Source: Candidatus Omnitrophota bacterium (GTDB lineage Bacteria > Omnitrophota > Gorgyraeia > Gygaellales > Profunditerraquicolaceae). Taken from it: a DNA stretch of 42,937 nt. The position numbers and the translations under genes were made by a program. Numbering within the stretch: position 1 is the stretch's first letter; every line of letters begins with the position of its first letter. Positions 36,142-42,937 of this stretch are shown piece by piece. The DNA lies in NCBI GenBank assembly GCA_043812095.1, contig JBDRMO010000021.1, positions 1-42,937 on the forward strand. Direction: 5' to 3'. The notes under the pieces were generated by a model that did no database searches, was not told where the DNA came from, and worked only from the letters and a program-made list of their open reading frames with translations.

Positions 36142-37659
36142 ATGTCCAAAAGAGACAACGTGGTTTTTTTATTATCCGCTTACTGTACAGCTGTCTGTAT
36201 ATTTGTCACCCAATTTTGCCCTTTAAGCTGGGCTTTCGCAACCTCCTCCTTTTCTGACCGCTTCAAACTTCCCGCAGAGTACGGAATTATTAAAGAAGTA
36301 TCTGAAGATACGTTTGCTCAAGATAAACCCACGATCATTCATATCCAAGACGCCCACTGCAACTATGAAGCCCAGAAGAATATGTCTTATCTTTTAGAGT
36401 ATCTCGTAAAGCAATACGGTGTAAAGCTGATTATGGTTGAAGGCGGAAGCGGTGATGTAGGGCTTTCATTTTTAAGGGCATACGCCGATAGCGGAGAAAG
36501 AGTGAAAGTTGCCGAGAAATATCTGAAGCAGGGTAAGATTTCAGGTGAAGAGTATTTAGATATTATCTCTGATTATGACTTGCAGCTCTTTGGAATCGAG
36601 GAAGAGGGATTATATGAAGCTCATCTGGTTGCTTTTAAAACCGTAGATTCGATCAGGACAGAAAGCGCCCAATATTTAAAAGAGCTATCCAAAGTAGCAG
36701 ATAAATTAAAAACATATATCTATAGTGATTCACTCAAAGAATTGGAAAAAAAAGAGAGGGATTACCAGGAGAAGACGATTACCTTAGTCGAATATTGCCA
36801 GTTCTTAAAAGATGCGGCCCTGGTTAGCGGATTAAGCCTCGATGATTATTACCATATAGCTTCTTTTGCTCAGACCGCAAAATTAGAAAAGGAAGTCGAT
36901 TTCAAAGCCGCAGAAGCAGAGCGTAATATTTTCATTAAAGATTTAGCTAATTGTCTTGATGAAGAGGGTATAGAAGAGCTGCTCAGGATGAGCCAGGGCT
37001 TTAAGGAAAAAGAATTAACCCCTTACCGTTATTACTCATTTTTGAAGCAATTATCAGAGGATAAAATTACACTTTCAGAGAATTATCCGCAACTAGAGAC
37101 GTATATCAGTTATATAGTGGTAAGCGGTAATATAAACAGTGCTGATGTATTGAGTCAGGTAAATAGCGTAAGCGAAAAGATAAAGGGAAATAGTTTTACT
37201 GATCAAGATGAAAAAAAACTCAGTCAGATTTCAAAGGCGATAGGCATTCTCTCTATGTTGCTTAATTTCGAACTCACTCCTGAAGATTATGATTATTTCC
37301 TCAAAAATCGCTCTGATTTTTCCACCTCCTCTTGGGTTAGTTTCATTAAGATGGAAGGTCAAAGATACGGTATATATTCCTGTCCTGGTGCTTCATCGTT
37401 GATTGATAACAACTTAGAGAAATTGGCAGAATTCTATAAATTAGGAGTTGAAAGAGAAAAGGCTTTTATCAAAAATCTGGTTAAAAGAATGAATCAATCC
37501 GGAGAAAGATCTGCGGTTCTGATTACAGGCGGTTTTCATACACCGGGTATCACAGAGATGTTAAAAGAAAAAGGATACTCCTATATAGTCGCAATGCCGG
37601 TAATTACAGAAAAAAGCGATTCAGAGGTATATTTCTCCGTATTAAGAGGAGAGAGGTAA
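36142..37659 (+). CDS. Secreted hypothetical protein, possibly Tiki/TraB/GumN/ChaN-superfamily
   Basis: N-terminal signal-like segment ending in SWAFA. IIHIQDAHCNYEAQ near the N-terminus and VLITGGFHTPGITEMLKEKGYSYI near the C-terminus recall the GTxH ... GxxHL.G..G....L...GY motif pair of that superfamily. This assignment is weak. Confidence 0.45.
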   Translation: MSKRDNVVFLLSAYCTAVCIFVTQFCPLSWAFATSSFSDRFKLPAEYGIIKEVSEDTFAQDKPTIIHIQDAHCNYEAQKNMSYLLEYLVKQYGVKLIMVEGGSGDVGLSFLRAYADSGERVKVAEKYLKQGKISGEEYLDIISDYDLQLFGIEEEGLYEAHLVAFKTVDSIRTESAQYLKELSKVADKLKTYIYSDSLKELEKKERDYQEKTITLVEYCQFLKDAALVSGLSLDDYYHIASFAQTAKLEKEVDFKAAEAERNIFIKDLANCLDEEGIEELLRMSQGFKEKELTPYRYYSFLKQLSEDKITLSENYPQLETYISYIVVSGNINSADVLSQVNSVSEKIKGNSFTDQDEKKLSQISKAIGILSMLLNFELTPEDYDYFLKNRSDFSTSSWVSFIKMEGQRYGIYSCPGASSLIDNNLEKLAEFYKLGVEREKAFIKNLVKRMNQSGERSAVLITGGFHTPGITEMLKEKGYSYIVAMPVITEKSDSEVYFSVLRGER

Positions 37660-37661
37660 AC

Positions 37662-40600
37662 ATGTCTAGGTTTAATAAGTTTAATCAGGAGGAGAAAATG
37701 TCAGGAGAATTTCTTAAGAGAGCATTATTTTCAAAATTATTGTTTGGCTTAATAATCAGCAGTTTTATTCTGTCGGGTTTTCCCGTACAGCTCTTTGCTA
37801 AATCAGATAAGCTAAGGCCAAAGGCGGCCAGCAGCAGCCTAGATACAGTAGGTAGCATGTTACGGGAATTAAATCAGGAAGGTTCAGCGAGCAGCGCAAT
37901 AGCAGCTGCTGAAGTCCTGGTTTTGACTAATAAATTGGATCTTTTAACAGGAGCGCGTACGCGCGGCTTTAACGTAGTACACGCCGTTGAGGAAGGTGCG
38001 CAGGGAGTGATCATTAATCACTCAGAACCAAGAAAAGATTTAGAGATAGCGATGGAGAATATGTTAATCGCTGTAAGAGATCTAATCAGGAATAAGGCCG
38101 ACTTCAAGAAAATTGAGCAAAAATGGGTCAATACTTTAAAGACAGAGAATCTATCTGACGATGCGATAGTGATGACAAAAGCGATGCTACTTGGATTTAG
38201 AGACTTAAAAAGACGCGATGCTAAAATAATAGAAAGCAATGCCCGTAGCTTAGTAAATACAATAATGAATCAGCGCTTAAAGAGTGTAATTGAATATAGT
38301 AATAAGTACGGGCATCCGTTTGCTCAGACTGTTCTCTGCGTAGGCGAAACAGAGCCGCAATATGATGCCAGAATGACCCAGGAAGTCTTAAGGGAAGATT
38401 TAGAGGAAATATTGAATTTAGTAAAGCATGAGGATGCCCAAAGAGTGAATTTAAGAATTGCCTATGAGCCCCGTTGGGCAATCGGGACCGGCAAAACACC
38501 TACGGCTGAAGAAATTCAGGCAACACACAGCTTCATTAAGGATACAGTCGAAGCAATATTAAGAGCAAGACTTGATGTTGATTATGGCGGGAGCTTAAGT
38601 GCAAAGAATGCAAAGGAGATTCTGGCACTGAAAGATGTTGACGGCGGATTAATCGGAGGAGCATCAAAATCTCCCAAGAATATTGAGCCGGTGATTGATG
38701 AAGCAATCCGTCAAGGAAGGATAAAAGATAAGATACTAAATATAGGTATGAATTGGAAGGCTGAAGAAGTAGAAACCGGCTTAGCGTCAATTGAAGATTT
38801 TGTTAAACTTTTCAAGACAAAGAATTTATCCAGAGTGCAAATTGCAATCGGCACACCTACGGTTCCAAAAGTCAAGTTAGCGATGAGTGAGTTAGAGACA
38901 TATCTTGCCAAAACTCATCCTATAGCCGAGCAATTGATCAGCAGGCTTACTAAAGCGATTCGGGAACAAGACGCAACGGTACGTAATGAAGTATTGGAGG
39001 AGATCGGCCAAGTAGGCGGAGATGAGGTTAGAAAGTTTTTAGATATTTTCCTCATTCAAGATAAGGGAGCAATTAATGAAGCACAGATTGCTGCCTTAAA
39101 ATCGAGATTAATCAAGAAGGTAGCTCCTCAACTATCCCCGAAACGAATAGCAATATTCGGAGACGGAGCAGTAAGCCGTTTAGCAGCCAGAAGAATTGCC
39201 GGAGGAAATTATGAAAATTTGGAATTAGTGGCTATGGTTACTAATAGCAGCGGTAAAGAATTATTTCCTTTTATGATCCGCGACAGCCATTTCGGGTCTT
39301 ATCCGGTTCAGGCGAATGTAACAGGTGAGCTTTTTAAAATGGGAGAACAGGAAGAATCAGTAAGGATACTTTCTGCAAAACTATTCGATCGTCTACCTTT
39401 TGAAGCGCTAGGAGTGGATATCATTATTATAGGTGAGCGAATACAAAAACAGATAGGTAAAGAAAAGTTAACGCAACTTTCAAAATCACATAATGTGCAG
39501 GTAGTCCTTAGCAGGTCATCAGACGAGGAGTTCAGCGTTTATTTACCTACATTATCCGATATAGCCTCTTTACGCCAGCGTACCATAACCGTTCCTTCTG
39601 CTCAACATGCCGCAGTGCTATTAGGTGCCAGGGCTTTAGCCGGGCTTGGGCAGATTAAGTCAGTGAATACCCATGTTCTGGAGTCATGGTTGGGTAAGGT
39701 ATTGCCTAGCTATAGGCATCCGGGAGCATACCAGACACAACATACGGAAGATACAAGATTTAGAACATTGTTAGCTCAAACTTTCGGCATATCGCCGGAC
39801 AATATTACTAACAATACGATTCTAAAGACGCAAATCTCTCACGGTCAGATGATCGGACTAACTATCCTTTTAGATAGAGAGGTGACTAAAGAGCAGGTTA
39901 TCGAGAAATTTAGTGAAATTGCGAAAGAGAGCAACGTTTTGGCATTTCCTGAGCCGGGACTCAGGCTTACTTCCAATATTATTACCGGAGAAGAGCCGGT
40001 ATATTTTAGTCCCGATGATGTTTATTTGACGCAGTTCCCCGGAGGAACGGCGGTTAAGGTTTTATTATTAGTTGACGAGGATAGCGCGCATGTAAACCAT
40101 ATTTTTGATGCGATAGAAGCTCAAAGAGCTACGGTATCAGAAATTGAGCCTATTATCGAAGATGTCTCAGGGGAGTTTGCTGAAAGTCAGATACTGAGCG
40201 AGGCATCAGAAGCGCTTAAGTCCGAAGCTGGTAAAAAAGCTCAAGAGAAGCTAGAAAAAGCCAAAGTAAAACTTTCAGCTTATGAGCAGGCAAAAAAGAG
40301 TATCCTGGATTTTACCAGCAATGACACAAGACTTCTTGGTATGCATTTAAATGATGATATTAAATTATTATTTGCTGTGTCTGACAATCTACCTAATATG
40401 TTCATATATGTGCGTGGTAAGGATAGAAAGCCGCTTGGGTTAGCTTATGCGGAAGGCAATGTAATCAACTCTGTTCTTCTGGCGACTCCTTCTAAAATAG
40501 AAGAAACTCAAGAGACTTTAGAGGAGTATTATGCTTCTTTAAGGGAGATGGCGGTTAATCTTTCCCAAGTTAATGGATCAACAATAACAGTACTGGATCA

Positions 40601-42683
40601 TTATAGGCCGGAATCAAATTTGCGTGTTAGGTTTGAAATTGATTCAAGGAGATATCCGGGTATAACACTCTATAAATCTATTGAGCAATTGATCGGTAAA
40701 GAATGGGTGATTTTATCTGAGCCTAATATGGCGATAGATCCTAAAGAATTTAAGGGTAAATACGTTGTAGCCTTGAACGCCGCAGGAGGAAGGATCGGCA
40801 GTTTAGTATTTAGGTTAGGAAGCGAGAAGGAGAATCTGCGCTTTATTGCATTAGGAGGACCCGGAGGGAATGATCTGGTAAATCTTTTAAAAAACAGAGA
40901 TTATGTGCAGGGAACTTTCCCCGGGGATATTAAATACGGGGAAGACTGGATAGAGGTTAATGGCAGGCGTTCGGTACTCTTAAGCAATAGAACTAAAACC
41001 GGAACCTTCCGGAGCAGGGAAAATTTACCCTGGGGTACTTTTATCTTTGCCGGGGTGAAAGTGGATGCGGTGATTGATGCTGCTGGCGCAGATGCTTTAA
41101 AAACCGAAACATTGGATTTGCACCGTAAGGCAGGAGCATTGCGAGCTTTACCTACTGCACCGGGTAAGGGTGAACATTTTAATCATAATACATTTGTTAT
41201 GGATGTTAATGATCATTTATATAGGCCGGATGTGAATTATGTAATGTCAACTGCGTCTTGTACAACCGGATGCCTGGCGAATCTCAATAGAGTTGCAGAG
41301 TTAGCTATGGCTTTTAAGACAGGGTTAATTGACCAAAAAGCTTTTGTGAAAGCTGATTCCAAGACAAAGAAAGATATGATAAACAGTGCTTTAAACAAGG
41401 ACTTAAACCTTTACGGCCTTATGGTAACTTATCATGCCTTAACCGGAGAAATACCAGGGCCGGATGTTGTGGCTGACGAAAAGAAACAGACCAGAAAACG
41501 AAACCCGGAAGGCAATATCATACCTACAACTACCGGAGCTGCTAATGCTATCGGACAGGTGGATCTTATGACAACCAAGATGTCCGGTTTTGCCGTACGT
41601 TTTCCGACAGACGTTGGTTCATTAGTAAGCAGTACCTATATATTACCGGGAACTTATTCAAGAGAAGATTTTATTGATGCCGCTAAATTTGTCGAAGCGA
41701 TTGCCGGAAAAGTAAAAGTAATTAACGTTGATAATAGCGCAGAGATTAAATTAAACGAAGATTTCAGGACGATGATGGCGACAATCAGCCCGGATAAGAT
41801 CAAGGTAGTCAATTTTATTGACGGCAACGGCGAAAAGAAAACAATGGTTGAGTTATCGGCATGGTATGAAAATGAACGCTATTACGCATATGAGATGGTG
41901 CGTTTCCTTGATGAGGTAATGAGGGCTAAAGACAGCGAAGCGTCTCTTGAACAGGCCTTTACCAATTATGCATTAGCAGGTCAAAAAGTTCATAAAGCTT
42001 TGGGGGGGAATTATCTTAATGCTTATGTCAGAGGTATAGGTGATTTAGTTAATAAAGATAAAGAAACCAAAAATACACCCCGCGCTTTACTTGTTGCTCC
42101 GGGATTCTTTAAATCAAAGGGTGCGATTAATGCCTTGCGGGAAGCATCCGGCATTAACAATATGTTTATTGCACTCTTCGGAGGCAATGCAGAGAAATTT
42201 AAGAGTTTACTCGGAGGCGGTGATAATATTATTGCCCGTGAACAGTTCTGGCAGGTATTAGTAGATCTAGAGGGAAAAGGCCTGAAATCTGATCAGATTC
42301 TTTTCTTGGGAACACCGGAAGATGCCGCAGTGTTTAGATCGATGCAAGAATCGGCAGATTTATTTCCTTTACTTGAAACAGGAGAAATTAAACAGATATT
42401 GGCAAAGCCGCAGACTCTAAGTACTTTAGTTGTTGCTAAGGCGATGAGAGAACTCTATAAAGAATTTGCAGAAGAAACTACGGTACACTTTAGAGATCTT
42501 CACACCGCGCTGGTAGAAGACGGAATTATCGCTCCCCTAACGGATGCGGAAGTAATGTATTCTCTGCTAGCGGGCCTAGAGACAGTGGTATATGAATTTC
42601 CGGATATAGTTCCGCAGACAGAAGTTACCGATATAGTGGCAAACGAGCTGAATATTATTAAAGAATTCGTAACAGGTGTATAA
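37662..42683 (+). CDS. Giant signal-peptide-bearing fusion protein: permuted triosephosphate isomerase-like domain, degenerate GAPDH-like module, GAPDH-like module, unknown C-terminal region
   Basis: TIM motifs are GAQGVIINHSEPR, VLCVGET, AYEPRWAIGTGKTPT, YGGS, DGGLIGGASK and then GMNWK. GAPDH module 1 (aa 494-815) has IAIFGDGAVSRL and TVPSAQHAA in place of SxxSCTTNC. GAPDH module 2 (aa 1033-1417) has GGRIGSLVFR, STASCTTGCLA, TYHALTG, NIIPTTTGAANA, AVRFPT and WYENE. An alternative start at ATG 37698 follows AGGAGG and aligns with the paralogue's N-terminus. Confidence 0.8.
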   Translation: MSRFNKFNQEEKMSGEFLKRALFSKLLFGLIISSFILSGFPVQLFAKSDKLRPKAASSSLDTVGSMLRELNQEGSASSAIAAAEVLVLTNKLDLLTGARTRGFNVVHAVEEGAQGVIINHSEPRKDLEIAMENMLIAVRDLIRNKADFKKIEQKWVNTLKTENLSDDAIVMTKAMLLGFRDLKRRDAKIIESNARSLVNTIMNQRLKSVIEYSNKYGHPFAQTVLCVGETEPQYDARMTQEVLREDLEEILNLVKHEDAQRVNLRIAYEPRWAIGTGKTPTAEEIQATHSFIKDTVEAILRARLDVDYGGSLSAKNAKEILALKDVDGGLIGGASKSPKNIEPVIDEAIRQGRIKDKILNIGMNWKAEEVETGLASIEDFVKLFKTKNLSRVQIAIGTPTVPKVKLAMSELETYLAKTHPIAEQLISRLTKAIREQDATVRNEVLEEIGQVGGDEVRKFLDIFLIQDKGAINEAQIAALKSRLIKKVAPQLSPKRIAIFGDGAVSRLAARRIAGGNYENLELVAMVTNSSGKELFPFMIRDSHFGSYPVQANVTGELFKMGEQEESVRILSAKLFDRLPFEALGVDIIIIGERIQKQIGKEKLTQLSKSHNVQVVLSRSSDEEFSVYLPTLSDIASLRQRTITVPSAQHAAVLLGARALAGLGQIKSVNTHVLESWLGKVLPSYRHPGAYQTQHTEDTRFRTLLAQTFGISPDNITNNTILKTQISHGQMIGLTILLDREVTKEQVIEKFSEIAKESNVLAFPEPGLRLTSNIITGEEPVYFSPDDVYLTQFPGGTAVKVLLLVDEDSAHVNHIFDAIEAQRATVSEIEPIIEDVSGEFAESQILSEASEALKSEAGKKAQEKLEKAKVKLSAYEQAKKSILDFTSNDTRLLGMHLNDDIKLLFAVSDNLPNMFIYVRGKDRKPLGLAYAEGNVINSVLLATPSKIEETQETLEEYYASLREMAVNLSQVNGSTITVLDHYRPESNLRVRFEIDSRRYPGITLYKSIEQLIGKEWVILSEPNMAIDPKEFKGKYVVALNAAGGRIGSLVFRLGSEKENLRFIALGGPGGNDLVNLLKNRDYVQGTFPGDIKYGEDWIEVNGRRSVLLSNRTKTGTFRSRENLPWGTFIFAGVKVDAVIDAAGADALKTETLDLHRKAGALRALPTAPGKGEHFNHNTFVMDVNDHLYRPDVNYVMSTASCTTGCLANLNRVAELAMAFKTGLIDQKAFVKADSKTKKDMINSALNKDLNLYGLMVTYHALTGEIPGPDVVADEKKQTRKRNPEGNIIPTTTGAANAIGQVDLMTTKMSGFAVRFPTDVGSLVSSTYILPGTYSREDFIDAAKFVEAIAGKVKVINVDNSAEIKLNEDFRTMMATISPDKIKVVNFIDGNGEKKTMVELSAWYENERYYAYEMVRFLDEVMRAKDSEASLEQAFTNYALAGQKVHKALGGNYLNAYVRGIGDLVNKDKETKNTPRALLVAPGFFKSKGAINALREASGINNMFIALFGGNAEKFKSLLGGGDNIIAREQFWQVLVDLEGKGLKSDQILFLGTPEDAAVFRSMQESADLFPLLETGEIKQILAKPQTLSTLVVAKAMRELYKEFAEETTVHFRDLHTALVEDGIIAPLTDAEVMYSLLAGLETVVYEFPDIVPQTEVTDIVANELNIIKEFVTGV

Positions 42684-42696
42684 AAAAGGAGAAGAT

Positions 42697-42937
42697 ATGT
42701 GTAAGAGTAATCTTCAGAATTTATTGTTCAACAAGTTAGCTTCAGGTATTATTTTAGTCAGTTTTATCCTGACTAGCATCCCAGCAGCCAGTTATGCAAA
42801 AGCAGATAAATTAAGGCCGCGGGCAGCAACTGCTAGCTCTGCTCTAGAAGATCTCCAACGAGACCTCAGTGAGTTTTTAGCTAACTATAAGATCAAGGAA
42901 ACTATAACAGCTTTTCCTTTTGGCAATTACGCTAAAG
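42697..42937 (+). CDS. Paralogous secreted protein, 3' end cut by window edge
   Basis: Not in the ORF track because no stop falls inside the window. AAGGAG precedes the ATG at 42697. My translation is MCKSNLQNLLFNKLASGIILVSFILTSIPAASYAKADKLRPRAATASSALEDLQRDL... It parallels the giant protein's N-terminus (...LFAKSDKLRPKAASSSLDTVGSMLREL). Confidence 0.7.
   Translation, partial: MCKSNLQNLLFNKLASGIILVSFILTSIPAASYAKADKLRPRAATASSALEDLQRDLSEFLANYKIKETITAFPFGNYAK

Noticed and set aside
1-42937. CRISPR arrays, rRNA genes, transposases, prophage or defence-system genes
   Set aside because: Scanning the intergenic regions and ORF translations by eye showed no regularly spaced direct repeats, no rRNA-like segments and no nuclease/helicase/methylase defence-type proteins. 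The only notable repeats are the ribD-ribE hairpins and the tRNA fragment.

Overview
This 42.9 kb window is low-GC bacterial DNA, almost entirely coding and mostly on the + strand. The gene content suggests an uncultivated anaerobe, but I cannot verify the taxon. Most of it is housekeeping. It contains a truncated rimO, then pgsA and pgpA, and thpR and a CinA-type amidohydrolase on the - strand. A riboflavin operon follows (ribBA-ribH-nusB-PHP phosphatase-ribD ... ribE) behind a near-consensus promoter and an FMN riboswitch. After it come tRNA-Pro(CGG), acyP-ligA, xerD, cca, rbfA and nrnA. Next are a tandem-receiver protein, an RCK_C membrane protein and an APC permease fused to an EIIA domain. 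The remaining ordinary genes are hppA, an isoprenoid/quinone group (polyprenyl synthase, UbiA prenyltransferase, NDH-2, DoxX), a CcdA fusion, a DUF1573 protein and htpX. Two loci are not ordinary. (1) 8.4-15.2 kb is a compact RiPP-like island starting 22 nt after tRNA-Pro. It has two Cys-rich precursor peptides with a shared leader, and three paralogous radical SAM/SPASM enzymes, one of them fused to an HPr-kinase-like P-loop domain. It also has a MiaB/RimO-type methylthiotransferase homologue without a TRAM domain, a PqqD-like protein and an S24/S26-type peptidase. This is my best candidate for an undescribed system. (2) 36.0-42.9 kb is a promoter-led locus of signal-peptide-bearing proteins. 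Its main gene encodes a 1673-aa protein with an apparently circularly permuted triosephosphate isomerase barrel, a catalytically dead GAPDH-like module and an apparently intact GAPDH module. A paralogue with the same N-terminal module begins just before the window ends. I found no CRISPR array, rRNA, transposase or phage genes. All calls come from reading motifs in the supplied translations and DNA; no searches were run.
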